A DNA stretch of 64,000 nucleotides from contig VRMN01000002.1 in the NCBI GenBank assembly GCA_008690995.1, positions 1,984,001 through 2,048,000 of the forward strand, read 5' to 3'. The first letter of the stretch is position 1, and the number at the start of each line of letters is the position of its first letter. Below the pieces are notes generated by a model. That model made no database searches. It was not told the DNA's origin and saw only the letters and a list, made by a program, of their open reading frames with translations. A program made the translations under genes and the position numbers. Shown here piece by piece: positions 43,020-53,115 of this stretch. This DNA comes from Porphyridium purpureum. Its lineage: Eukaryota.

Positions 43020-43595
43020 CTAGAGCAGAATGCGCGACCAGCCGCGGGTTCCAGTGGCCATTTCAAACAACTCGGCCGGTTCTAGGCGGCGCACGCGATC
43101 CAGACTCAACGGGTGCGGAGGTCTGGCGGAAGCCCTAGGAAGGACAATTCTTCGATTCGGAGCATTCTGGCTGGATAGCTGATGTTCAGGTACCGCAAGG
43201 GATAAGGGGGCCGTCCGCTGCCTTTTTGAGAGTACTTGATGCAGCAGCGAAGCCCGGGGCGGCTTTGAGATTCCTTGCAACGTGCGCGAGACGGCACTCT
43301 TTGTCAATGCCGCTGCTCCTCTCTCACCCAATTCTCCGGGTGGCAATACAGACGCCGCCTTGTCACGCCGCTCCCCATTATCTTTCCCAGCAGCGGCCAG
43401 AAGTGCCCCCAGACTTGGCAACACCGGCAGATCTTTTGCTAAACTGTCGCTGCCCAATGCTGGCCTGTGCAGATCTACTGCTGCGTGCTGCCTTTCTCCC
43501 TCAATTGCAGACGCCACCATCCTCACTTCCAGTCCAAACCGGCGTGCCTTCTCTCCTTCCGTGTGTCTACCGGTCCACGGCACACAAATCGTCAC
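43020..43595 (-). CDS. Hypothetical protein (start uncertain, possibly a terminal exon)
   Basis: 191-codon open frame with no recognised motif. Confidence 0.3.
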   Translation of the reverse strand: MTICVPWTGRHTEGEKARRFGLEVRMVASAIEGERQHAAVDLHRPALGSDSLAKDLPVLPSLGALLAAAGKDNGERRDKAASVLPPGELGERGAAALTKSAVSRTLQGISKPPRASLLHQVLSKRQRTAPLSLAVPEHQLSSQNAPNRRIVLPRASARPPHPLSLDRVRRLEPAELFEMATGTRGWSRILL

Positions 43596-44041
43596 ACGAT
43601 CGCAGCGAGTACCTGGTTCCTAGATTGAACGCGCTGTCCTTTCTTCCAATGCCGCAATGCAGGCTTCTGCTTTCCTTCTTGTCGTGCTCTGCGAGTTGAT
43701 GTATCGTCGACTTTTCTCCGCCCTCACATGCCACATCACGGCCTACTGCTCCGTTATATATCCTTTCTCTCTCTCTGTCCCTCGCGGGGCGTTCACGTTG
43801 CGATCGCAACAAGCCCACGGTACCATGTCCCGACGCGTGCGCGCCAACACGCCGCGTTCTCCTTCGCGCGAAAATGCAAAACATAAATAAAGATTAAAAT
43901 ATGCATTAAATATGGTTTAAATATTCGCTCCAGACATGAGAGTGTACCTTCATAGTGTACCCAAGAAGGATTCCGTCCAAAGCAAGAAGGGCGAGCGCTC
44001 ACGTACGCGTCGAGTGGCAGCAGAAGCAGCAGGGTTTGAAG

Positions 44042-45418
44042 ATGCTTGCGCAATCATACGGCCGCTGCGGGTTTGTATCTGGAGCGTCCTTGTCATGGGC
44101 TCTGGGAAGCTCTTCGAAATGGACCTCGTTTGTCATCCCGCGCCGCGAGCGCTCGAAAAAGGTAAGGCGGATCTTGCCGCCGTTGGAGCTGCTGCGTCGC
44201 GAGTTCGAAAAGAATATGTACGAAGAGGGGCCTCCGAAGGGGAAGCCGTTGACGACGGAGGAAGTCGCAGAGCATTTGAAGAAGGAAGCGATGAAGAAAA
44301 AGAGGGAGCCACCGCGGAAATTCACAGGAGCACCAGGGACGCGGCCGTATCCTGCGTACTTTTTCTACAATGATGAGTACCAGGTCGAATTGCCTGAGCG
44401 ATACCAGCGTTTCCCCATGAAAAAGTATGGCATGGTTCGCAGGAAGCTGCAGGATCCAAAGTACATGACACCCTTCCACGCAACTTTTACGCCGTCCTCG
44501 CTGGCCACGATGGGCGAGCTAAGTATGGCCCACTGCCCCGACTACGTGGGCAGGTATATCCGCGGGCAGTTTACTGAGGATGAGATAACCAAAAGCGGCT
44601 TTCCGTGGTCAGAGCAGCATGTCTTAAGATCGATGAGCACCGTGGGCGGGACACTGGACGCAGTGCGTGTTCTCGCCGCTCGCAGCACAGCGTTCGTGTC
44701 AGGCCACCTTGCCGGTGGGACTCATCATGCCGGGTATGCGAGCCCGGCGGGCTTCTGTATATTTAATGACTTGGCAGTAGCTGCCATTGTCGCGCAGCAG
44801 AGACATGGCTTCCGCAAGATTCTGATCGTGGACACCGACGTTCACCCGGGCGAAGGTACGAGCTTAATTTTCCGACACCTAAACGTGCGCGACATTTTCA
44901 CGCTGTCATTGCACTGCGCATCGAACATATTTGGTGAACAGCCTGTCAGTGATATGGACGTCGTGATACCGGACGGCTGCTTCGACGAACAATACTTGAC
45001 CATCCTGGCAAAGGCGCTCGACGCTGCGTGGCTCGCGTCAGAGCCAGAACTGGTGTTATTCCAGGCCGGCGTGGACATCGCGTATGTCGACCGCATCGGC
45101 CGCCTAAACATCAGCAGTGCGGGAGTGCTCGAGCGCACCCGCTACGTGTTGGACTATGCGCTGGACATGGACCGGTTCCGCTCCAAGCGGCTGGGCACAC
45201 CGCCGCGCGCCGTGCCCGTGGCGATCTGCATGGGTGGCGGCTATCCCAAGAACCCGGAAGAAAATTCTCCCGAATTTAAGGAGATTGTCAGCATGCACGC
45301 AGAAGTCTACCGACTTGCCGCCAAGCGCAATCGCATGGCGCAGCGCGAGTTCAAATGGGTGAATGGCACCACCGAGTACCTGACCCCTCCCAAGGAGGAT
45401 CGGTTCCTCTTGGTTTAA
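44042..45418 (+). CDS. Zn-dependent histone-deacetylase-family protein (class IV/bacterial-like), probably organellar
   Basis: RFPMKKY, LAGGTHHA, GFCIFNDLA, DTDVHPGEGT, QAGVD and MGGGY. N-terminus MLAQSYGRCGFVSG is transit-peptide-like. Confidence 0.88.
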   Translation: MLAQSYGRCGFVSGASLSWALGSSSKWTSFVIPRRERSKKVRRILPPLELLRREFEKNMYEEGPPKGKPLTTEEVAEHLKKEAMKKKREPPRKFTGAPGTRPYPAYFFYNDEYQVELPERYQRFPMKKYGMVRRKLQDPKYMTPFHATFTPSSLATMGELSMAHCPDYVGRYIRGQFTEDEITKSGFPWSEQHVLRSMSTVGGTLDAVRVLAARSTAFVSGHLAGGTHHAGYASPAGFCIFNDLAVAAIVAQQRHGFRKILIVDTDVHPGEGTSLIFRHLNVRDIFTLSLHCASNIFGEQPVSDMDVVIPDGCFDEQYLTILAKALDAAWLASEPELVLFQAGVDIAYVDRIGRLNISSAGVLERTRYVLDYALDMDRFRSKRLGTPPRAVPVAICMGGGYPKNPEENSPEFKEIVSMHAEVYRLAAKRNRMAQREFKWVNGTTEYLTPPKEDRFLLV

Positions 45419-45574
45419 ACGACTAAACGGTTTCTCTCAGCTGTACACCCGCAGCGTACTTTTCCTCAGAAGCAAACAAGCCGACTCGCGTGCGACACCA
45501 GCGCGGCGAAGCGCTCACCACAAGAGCCTGTGCAGGCAAGGGGGGTCCCGGGAACAGGAAGCGGCGAGGTCGTC

Positions 45575-48541
45575 ATGGCGGCGCCAATGTCTGCGCTGAG
45601 CAGCGCGGCGACAAGCATCTTCCGGCAGTCGCTCCAGGATCTGGTCAAGTCGATTCGCGCACATCGCCGCGATGAGCAGGCGTTCGTCGAGAAGAAGCTC
45701 GTGGAGATCCAGGACGAGTGCCGCTCCAGCGAGCCGGACGTCAAGGCAAACGCGGTGCTGAAGCTCACTTACCTGCAGATGTTTGGGCACCCAGCGGCGG
45801 GCGCGGCGTTCTGCGTGGTGGAGGTCATGTCGCGCGCCGAGTACACGAGCAAGCGCATCGGGTATCTGGCCGCCGGGCAGCTCTTCTCACCGTATACAGA
45901 CGTTCTGCTGCTCACAATCAACCAGTTCAAAAAGGATCTCACCAACGGGCGGCAGCTGGACTGTTCGCTTGCGCTTTGCACGCTCAGCAAAATCGTGACT
46001 GAGGAAATGGGTCGCGAGTGCTCCAATGATATCCTCACGCTGTTGAGCTCTTCCAGACCAGTCATCCGGAAAAAGGCACTGGTGTGCGCATACAAGCTGG
46101 GCCGGGTATGCCCGGAAGCCCAGGCGGTATACTTGCCGCGGCTACGGGACGCCATTGCTGATTCAAATCCGGCTGTCCTCTCGTGTGCCGTCAGCGTGCT
46201 GTGCGAAATGGCTGGCGACGACCCACAACTCGTGCTGCCGCTTGCGCCCTATTTGTATGAACTCTTTGGACTGGAACATAACAATTGGATGCGCATCAAA
46301 CTGGTCAAGCTGATGGGCATGCTTGCCGCGGTCGAACCGCGTCTCGCGAAAAAGCTTGTGAAGCCTCTTTCTGACTTGCTAAGCAGCACGTCTGCTAAAA
46401 GTCTGCAGTATGAATGTTGCCGCGCGGTTGCACGCAACATGGCGGCGTGCACAGAGGTTGTGGATCCGACGATTGATCGGATCGCCGACTTTCTGGAAGA
46501 CCGCGACCAAAACCTCAAGTATCTCGGTTTGGAGCTGCTTCTGCATATCTCTGCTCAGCACGCAAGCGCCGTGAAAAAGCACCAGCAGCTCATCCTGGAC
46601 TGCATTAACGACACAGATCTTGGCATCCGAATGATCGCGCTGCAGCTCACGCGCGTCTTTCTCACCCCAGTCAATGCGCGTGACATTGCAACCGCGCTTC
46701 TCGCGAAAATATCCGAGTTTGACGGCGTAGTTGCGGTGCCTGGAGGCGGCAGCGAAGGCGGCGGTGACGAAGGAAGTTTGCGGAAGTCAGGTCCAGACGA
46801 GTTCGGACACGGCCAAGGGGCACCTGCCACGCAAAATCTGTCGTGGTCGTCGTCTTTGTCCACTGGCGCCGAGGCCGGAATGGTTTCATTCTTTGACCAA
46901 GAGCACCGATTTCGCGATCTTGTTTGTGACCGATTGTTAGAAATCGGACAGTGCGTAAAGCAACGACCGGAGGATGATGGCGGGAGCAGCACCGGGAGCA
47001 AAATGTACTATCCTCTTCTTTCCTCGGCGGAAGATTTTGATTGGTACATTTCCGACGTTTTGAAGGGACTGATCCGCATGGGCGCCGGGCGGCTGTCGCA
47101 TCGCACCATGGGCACGATTGCAAAGCAACTGGAGGAAATATGCGCACGCGTCAATGTCGCAAGGGAGTCGGCTCTCCAAATTGCTTGCGAAGTACTCTCT
47201 GACTTTGTTGGGGACGAGATGTCGAAGGCATCTGCCCTTGCAGCTGCGTCACCCGTCGTGAGCGGCCATCGGGAGGGCGTAGACGCTCAGAACCAGTTCC
47301 ATGGTACAGACCCATCGATGGTGAAGGCGGGATTCATATCACATTCTGAGGCTGTAGTGGCTTCGTCCCTGTGGGTCTTGGGTGCACATGGAGCTCTTCT
47401 GTCGGAAGACTTTCTCTATGAGCTTATCGCCACCTTGTTGGCAGCGGATAGTCAGACTAACACATCTAATTCGCGTCTGCTGCAGTGCGGAATGCGCGTG
47501 CAGGCGTTTCTCATTTCAGCAACCATGAAACTCATCGTTGCCTTGTCGTTGTCATCTTCATCCTCCGCAGCCGTTGCTGCTGTAGAGGGTGCCCCGTCGT
47601 CGGCTCGTCTCGAACACTTGCTGTCGCTTGTGAGTCAGTTGCTGAAGAAGCTGCTTCATAGCAGTCACGCAGAAGTGCAAGAGCGTGCCAACCTATGCCT
47701 GGCGCTCTTGCAGCACGCGCGGGATACAGCTTCATTTGCAGAGCTGGAAGAGCTGTTTGTGGGTGAGTTTCGGCCTGTCGATTCGAGCATGCAAGGGCGC
47801 ATTCCCGCCCCAGACGGGCTCAATCTGGACGAGCCCCTTGCTGTCATTGAGGATGAAGAGGGAAAGCAGCTGCTATACACGAATGACCCAGAGACAGGCA
47901 CTCAATCGGAAACGTCGTTTGCGCAGGAACCCACAGAGCTTACGTACACGCCCGCTGACCCTGAAGCGTTCTGGGGCCCAGAAGGTGCTCCCGCGGCTGT
48001 GCTTGAGTCCACACGTTTGGCGGCACGGCACGCGAACGGCAAGGCACCGGTCTTGCTGACCTCAGGAAAGGGGACGAGAGCCGAGCAGCAAAGTCCCTTT
48101 TATCTGGGCTCGGGTTCCGGAGCGAGCAAAGGAACCGTTTCAAGTCCTAGTGAAGGTCTGCTGATCGATTTGAGCGGCGGTGGCGGCAGCGGCACACAGC
48201 ATGCTCCGTCTTTTGTAGGTCCAGGAGGGACTCGAGCTGCAATGTTTCAGGCCCGAGAAAGGTCCGAGTGGAACGATCACGATATAGCCTCCCCTATTGA
48301 ATTGATTCCAGAGGAACAGACCGACATCCTGTTGCCAGAGCCAGTGGTGCAGAAGGGAAGCTCTTCTGAAAAGTCCGCATCTGTGGTTGCCAAAAAATCA
48401 AAGGCCAAAAAGTCCAAGGCCCAGCATCCACCTGCCCGCGATGGGAGTTTGATCGACGTTGGTGACGCGCCATCAGAGCCCATGGGCGACAATACCGACC
48501 AGAAACCATCGCAGCGGACCGCAGACGATTTACTGTGGTGA
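45575..48541 (+). CDS. AP3D1: AP-3 complex subunit delta
   Basis: FRQSLQDLVKSIR, KANAVLKLTYLQMFG, KRIGYLAAGQ, NNWMRIKLVKL, DQNLKYLG and EVQERA. Confidence 0.95.
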   Translation: MAAPMSALSSAATSIFRQSLQDLVKSIRAHRRDEQAFVEKKLVEIQDECRSSEPDVKANAVLKLTYLQMFGHPAAGAAFCVVEVMSRAEYTSKRIGYLAAGQLFSPYTDVLLLTINQFKKDLTNGRQLDCSLALCTLSKIVTEEMGRECSNDILTLLSSSRPVIRKKALVCAYKLGRVCPEAQAVYLPRLRDAIADSNPAVLSCAVSVLCEMAGDDPQLVLPLAPYLYELFGLEHNNWMRIKLVKLMGMLAAVEPRLAKKLVKPLSDLLSSTSAKSLQYECCRAVARNMAACTEVVDPTIDRIADFLEDRDQNLKYLGLELLLHISAQHASAVKKHQQLILDCINDTDLGIRMIALQLTRVFLTPVNARDIATALLAKISEFDGVVAVPGGGSEGGGDEGSLRKSGPDEFGHGQGAPATQNLSWSSSLSTGAEAGMVSFFDQEHRFRDLVCDRLLEIGQCVKQRPEDDGGSSTGSKMYYPLLSSAEDFDWYISDVLKGLIRMGAGRLSHRTMGTIAKQLEEICARVNVARESALQIACEVLSDFVGDEMSKASALAAASPVVSGHREGVDAQNQFHGTDPSMVKAGFISHSEAVVASSLWVLGAHGALLSEDFLYELIATLLAADSQTNTSNSRLLQCGMRVQAFLISATMKLIVALSLSSSSSAAVAAVEGAPSSARLEHLLSLVSQLLKKLLHSSHAEVQERANLCLALLQHARDTASFAELEELFVGEFRPVDSSMQGRIPAPDGLNLDEPLAVIEDEEGKQLLYTNDPETGTQSETSFAQEPTELTYTPADPEAFWGPEGAPAAVLESTRLAARHANGKAPVLLTSGKGTRAEQQSPFYLGSGSGASKGTVSSPSEGLLIDLSGGGGSGTQHAPSFVGPGGTRAAMFQARERSEWNDHDIASPIELIPEEQTDILLPEPVVQKGSSSEKSASVVAKKSKAKKSKAQHPPARDGSLIDVGDAPSEPMGDNTDQKPSQRTADDLLW

Positions 48542-48566
48542 TTCCCGCTCGCATAGTTGAAAGGAG

Positions 48567-48620
48567 AAAGCAAAACAAAACAAAAAAATAAAAAAATAAA
48601 AAAATAAAAAAAAATTAAAA
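48567..48620. repeat. A-rich tract with repeated AATAAA between convergent genes
   Basis: aaagcaaaacaaaacaaaaaaataaaaaaataaaaaaataaaaaaaaattaaaa lies directly 3' of the AP3D1 stop; a possible polyadenylation region. Confidence 0.8.
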
Positions 48621-48634
48621 GAATCCTCGCTGAG

Positions 48635-49858
48635 TTAGGGCTTTGAGGGAGCTCGTCGTCGGTGCAGGGAGCTCGGCGCCACAGCGGACCCCAAGGTTTC
48701 ACTTTGCCGAAGAGCAGCTGATTGTTGGTGCTGAGGTACTGCAAGCAGCGAGTCCTCTGGCAACTCTCCGGAAATCTTCAAGGAACGCTCAAGCTCGTGC
48801 ATCACCTGCTTGTAAACCGGGGGAAAATCCATCACTGTCTTCGGCTGAGCAGCCAGGTACCGCCGGTGGAACATGTTCCATGTGCGAGCATGCAGATCGC
48901 ATAGCGCGGCCCAGTGGGAAGCCGGTTCGTGCCGCAGAAGCAGTCGATCCAAGTAGCCCATGTACAACCAGTCGAGCAGTGTACCAGTGAGCGCAATTGA
49001 GCAGCATGCAAACGGATATCGCGCAATCTCTGCGGCGGGTTCCAGAAGGTATCTCTGCGCTACAAGCGTGTGCTGGGTGGAAAAGGCGTAAAGCTGCATG
49101 AGAGCTAGGACGCCGCCGCCTCGGAAATCGGTGGCTGGATCCTTGCCTTGAAACCCAATCTCATTCCATGCCGCACTGATTCGACCGCCCTGGCGTGTAC
49201 GCCGGTCCGTAAGCACGTCCCACACGTTCTGTAGCATATGCTCGTGTGCGGCACACTGCGCGTTGAACTTCAGGTTCTGCAAACGAGCTAGTTGCTGCGA
49301 GCTGTGGCCCACACAGAGAGCACCGACAATCAGTCTCCTCAAGAGTTCAGGGCGCGAGCGAATGTTCTTAGTATCGCAAATCATTCGCTCGACTTGAGCG
49401 ACTCGCTCACGGACCTCTGGTGACTCCAAGTCAAGACTCACAAACTTCAAATCGTTTTCGCCAGCCGTCGAACTGGCCGCAGGTGCGCCTGAATCTAGCT
49501 GTCGCTTCTTGACAATGAGTCCCAGCAGTTCGGAGACCGACTGCAACTGCGTTGACTGGCGCAGTGACAGGACGAATTCCATTTGCGCGTTGACCACCTC
49601 CCGCTTCCGGCTGGCGTCAGCATGCAAGGCCGCCGAGTCTGCCAAACTGTTGGTATCGTCAGCCTGTTCACGTTCCATCCGCAGCAAGGGCTCTGTTTCT
49701 CCCACCACTCCACCGGCGCCGAGCCGTGCATCATCTGCCTCGCCGAGCGAGAGCATGTACCTGCGTGCGATACGCTCCACCTCACTCCGGCTCGTCACAC
49801 CGTGCAGAATCCACTTCATTACCTTGCGCCGCCACGTATGTTGGACTTTCGCATCCAT
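48635..49858 (-). CDS. ELMO-domain protein (ELMOD, Arf/Arl GAP family)
   Basis: WNEIGFQGKDPATDFRGGGVLAL, YPFACCSI and VMDFPPV. Likely start ATG 49858. Confidence 0.92.
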   Translation of the reverse strand: MDAKVQHTWRRKVMKWILHGVTSRSEVERIARRYMLSLGEADDARLGAGGVVGETEPLLRMEREQADDTNSLADSAALHADASRKREVVNAQMEFVLSLRQSTQLQSVSELLGLIVKKRQLDSGAPAASSTAGENDLKFVSLDLESPEVRERVAQVERMICDTKNIRSRPELLRRLIVGALCVGHSSQQLARLQNLKFNAQCAAHEHMLQNVWDVLTDRRTRQGGRISAAWNEIGFQGKDPATDFRGGGVLALMQLYAFSTQHTLVAQRYLLEPAAEIARYPFACCSIALTGTLLDWLYMGYLDRLLLRHEPASHWAALCDLHARTWNMFHRRYLAAQPKTVMDFPPVYKQVMHELERSLKISGELPEDSLLAVPQHQQSAALRQSETLGSAVAPSSLHRRRAPSKP

Positions 49859-49917
49859 CCCCGACTCGTTCCTGCACCACTGCACGTAGTGTGCGCGCGT
49901 GGATGCGTGCTCCTCGA

Positions 49918-50006
49918 TGTGTGCGTGCGTGCGTGTGTGTGCGTGCGTGCGTGCGTGTGTGTGCGTGCGTGCGTGCGTGTGTGTGCGTGCGTGCGTGTGT
50001 GTGTGT
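49918..50006. repeat. Compound (TGCG)n(TG)n microsatellite
   Basis: About 89 nt of uninterrupted purine-pyrimidine alternation just upstream of the ELMOD start. Confidence 0.95.
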
Positions 50007-50107
50007 CTGCCTCTCCCTCTTTGTCTCCTGCCGCTCTCGCATCTGAGCGACATTATTCTGCCAGACAGGCGTGCGCTAGATAGCGGTACAGTGTCACTGT
50101 ACTGTAT

Positions 50108-51592
50108 TCAGCTCGCATCCTGGTCAAGTGACGCCATCTCGCCTGCCTGAGAAGGCGTGGCAGACGAACGATTGCTCTCAATGTTCGAAGCCGGGGCCTT
50201 GCTCGCCTTCCGCTTCCTTCGGGGTACGTCACGCACAGCGCGCCGCATCATGACCTTGTTCTCCTCTCCCGCAAACACTATGTCCGCGGCGCGCGCGCCC
50301 ATCCCGACCTGAGCCAGCTCTGAAAGCGTCTCGTACGCCACGGCAAAGCCGAGCTTGGTGGCCGCCAGCACTCTGGACCGCCGCACTTCCAGCTGATTCA
50401 CCTCTTCGCTGCCTTTCGGAGGCGCCAAGAATGTGATGTACGGCGGCCCGCTGCCGTCTTTCTCGTCGCGCTTCTTGTCCAAAAATGCCAGCTCCTGCGC
50501 GTAGAGCGGCAGCTGCCCACCGCGCTTGATGAATTCGGCCATGTGATGGAAAGCGCCGCTGCGAAACGCAGGAGATGCAACAAATTTCTCGTAGAGACCG
50601 GCCTGCACCGCCACCGTGCACTTTTCCGGACGCGTTCGCAACACAAGCACGTGCGTGCAGCCGTCCTGAATTGCGGAGCGAAAGGGAAGCGGTTCAGACA
50701 GTAATGCATCCACATATGTGTCACCGCGTATCTTGACTGGTGGGCCAGCAATGCCAGGCACTCGAGCCGAGGCGCGAAGAGCGTCCAACAGTTCGCTCAG
50801 TGACTGGAACTCGTCCAGAACACGAGACTGGCCCGTGTTGGCGCACGTTGCGACCGGTTTCAGCGGCTGGTGCTGATGTTTCTCCCAGAATGTATCCCAA
50901 TTGAGCGGCTTCACTTTCTGCATGACCTCATCGAGCAGCAGGTCAAGATGCAGCACCGGCTTGACATTTTTTTCGCCCAAAACTTTCCCGAGCAAAAGCC
51001 TTGTCAAGTCTATGAACTCGCGGCCGTTGCACAGCACATCGTAGTAGATCCCGCAGCCGAAGCGCGGCACCTGCTGCGAAACAAAGTAGGCGCCAATAAT
51101 GGAGCCCGCTGAGGCGCCGTACACGGCGTCAAACGCGTTGTGGTAGCCGAGATGCTCGATTGCTGCGGCCATGCCGGCGCTCAAGCAGCCGCGCATTCCG
51201 CCGCCTTCAATCGCGAGTGCCAGTTTAAACGGGTCTGTACGAGCGCCAGGCATTGAATTTGACGCTGCGCGCTGTCGGATGAGGCGCAACACCGGGTGCT
51301 GTCGCACACTCTCGTGCAAATGCGCGTGTTCTTCGCGTAGCGGCGCTTGTCCCTTCAATCCGCGTTCGAGATCGGAACCGTCTCTGTACAATTCCGCACC
51401 AAGCGGAAGCTTTTTTGCCTCAGCCTGTGCGTGCGATGGCGCGTCATTTTGTCGCTGCTGCGCAAAGACGCGATACGATGCGCGTCGTCGCGCACGCGCA
51501 TGAGCGACATGCACCCGACCGTAGCACAAACGGGCCGCGCGGCCGTACGATTCGAGGGCGTGAACATGTACTATGTGCACAAACATGCACAT
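50108..51592 (-). CDS. Patatin-like phospholipase/lipid acyl hydrolase, probably plastid-targeted
   Basis: EGGGMRG oxyanion motif, GASAG nucleophile elbow, ASARVPG and YVDAL (DGG variant). Start uncertain; MCMFVH at 51592 preferred. Confidence 0.88.
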   Translation of the reverse strand: MCMFVHIVHVHALESYGRAARLCYGRVHVAHARARRRASYRVFAQQRQNDAPSHAQAEAKKLPLGAELYRDGSDLERGLKGQAPLREEHAHLHESVRQHPVLRLIRQRAASNSMPGARTDPFKLALAIEGGGMRGCLSAGMAAAIEHLGYHNAFDAVYGASAGSIIGAYFVSQQVPRFGCGIYYDVLCNGREFIDLTRLLLGKVLGEKNVKPVLHLDLLLDEVMQKVKPLNWDTFWEKHQHQPLKPVATCANTGQSRVLDEFQSLSELLDALRASARVPGIAGPPVKIRGDTYVDALLSEPLPFRSAIQDGCTHVLVLRTRPEKCTVAVQAGLYEKFVASPAFRSGAFHHMAEFIKRGGQLPLYAQELAFLDKKRDEKDGSGPPYITFLAPPKGSEEVNQLEVRRSRVLAATKLGFAVAYETLSELAQVGMGARAADIVFAGEENKVMMRRAVRDVPRRKRKASKAPASNIESNRSSATPSQAGEMASLDQDAS

Positions 51593-52110
51593 GGGTACCT
51601 CTGGATGCGCGAGCGATTCGTTCCACATGCACTCTCTGCGACACACCACCTGCCAGCGCTGGAGTATGACGAGCCGCAATTTGGCAGACTCTGCACCACC
51701 AGCGCAAACAGACAGACCGAGGGACCGAGACGAGAAGAGGAACCGAGCGCGCGCGTGCAGCACGGACGAATCGCGCGCGAGCTCTCACGAACCCCCACCG
51801 GCCGCACCTGCCCGCGAACTTGAACGTCTTTTGCATGCAGCGCCAGGAGTAACTTTAAAAAAGAAGGTTTAAAAAAAAAAGGGAAAGGGCGTCGGCCCGC
51901 GCATGCGTCCAAATGTCCTGGCCGCGGGTGAACTCGCGCGCGGAACCGCGCGGGTGTTGGTGGCATTGGTGCGGAGGGTGTTGCGCACGGTAGCGCAGCG
52001 CGGCGGTGAATGGAGTCTTCGCGCTGATATCTACACGGGCGACCGCTCTATCTTCACCGGGGCTGTCGTGCCCCGATTCATCCCGATCCCAACCTTCAGC
52101 ATCCGCCGTG

Positions 52111-52180
52111 TGTCTCTGCCTGCCTGTTCCTTTGTGTGCCTGTCTGTGCCTGTCTGTACCTGTATATGGCTGTGTGTGAA
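52111..52180. repeat. Imperfect 10-bp tandem repeat, consensus TGTCTGTGCC, about 7 copies
   Basis: tgtctctgcc tgcctgttcc tttgtgtgcc tgtctgtgcc tgtctgtacc tgtatatggc tgtgtgtgaa. Confidence 0.75.
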
Positions 52181-52280
52181 CCAACCTTGCTCGCGACGAG
52201 GACGAACCCAACTCTGTGTATGAAGCGGGTTGAATCATACAGCGCAGTCCTGCAGAATGACATGGAGGCCCTCACAAGAC

Positions 52281-52350
52281 AGCGAGAGCCAGCACGAGAC
52301 TGTGAGAAACACCGAGGGACAGCGCGAGACAGCGAGAGACAGCACGAGAG
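52281..52350. repeat. Imperfect 10-bp tandem repeat, consensus AGCGAGAGAC, 7 copies
   Basis: agcgagagcc agcacgagac tgtgagaaac accgagggac agcgcgagac agcgagagac agcacgagag. Confidence 0.75.
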
Positions 52351-52705
52351 GGACTGAGAGATGGACAGACAGGTACAGGTCCAGGTGGAATGTCGCGCCC
52401 GAAACCGGCGAGCTGCCGTCGCGCGCGCGCCAAGCGGCGGAGAGCCAGCGCACACTCTACGCCACACGCGCGCACTGTACCACGGCGGGTGATTCTGTGA
52501 TTGTTTAGCCACGCCGCGCGGACGCTTACGTGCTGCGTATCGCGCGACAGAGGAGATTTTGGGAAGATTGTGACGGCAGCACGGGGGGGGGGAACAACTG
52601 GCTGTGGGGTGCAGCGCGGGCGTTTGTTGTGTGTAACTGGCTCGCTAGTTAGGGGCACCGGTTTGTGTGGCAAACGCAAAAGGCACCGCGCTGCGACGTG
52701 TGTGG

Positions 52706-53112
52706 GTGAGAGCGAGAGAAAGAGAGACGGACAGGCGCGAGAGAGCGAGGGGGAGAAAGGTTGCGGGATTAGTGGAAGCGAGCACGGCGAGAGTGTGAGA
52801 CAGAGAGAGAACAACAGACAGAGAGAGAACGAGAGAGAGAGAGGGTGAGAGGGCGAGATTTAAGGTGTGGGTGTGTGAGAGAGTGTGTAGGCGGGTAGGT
52901 GGAGAGTGTGGTGTGGGTGAAGTGTAAGGGTGGAGCAGAAGTTGACAGGGAGAGAGAGGGTGAGAAGGGAGGGGAAGGGGTTGACGGTGCGGGGCTCTAT
53001 GGAATCAGCGCAGAGGTAGGCGTGACGACTGGCAGCGACGCCGCTGGAAGAGGGTTGGGGGAGAGCGGGGAAGGAGAGGGAGGGGAGGTGGGAGAGCGGG
53101 GAGCCGTGTATA
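52706..53112 (+). repeat. GA/G-rich low-complexity leader with (GA)n runs and clustered G-tracts
   Basis: Strong purine skew on the + strand, with seven runs of 3 or more G within 53052-53101. Confidence 0.85.
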
Positions 53113-53115
53113 GAG

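Noticed and set aside
49859..50053. HARTHT-rich N-terminal extension of the ELMOD ORF (and similar upstream extensions of PCF11, ABCB and sirtuin)
   Set aside because: Translations of microsatellite or leader DNA; downstream ATGs fit the families better.
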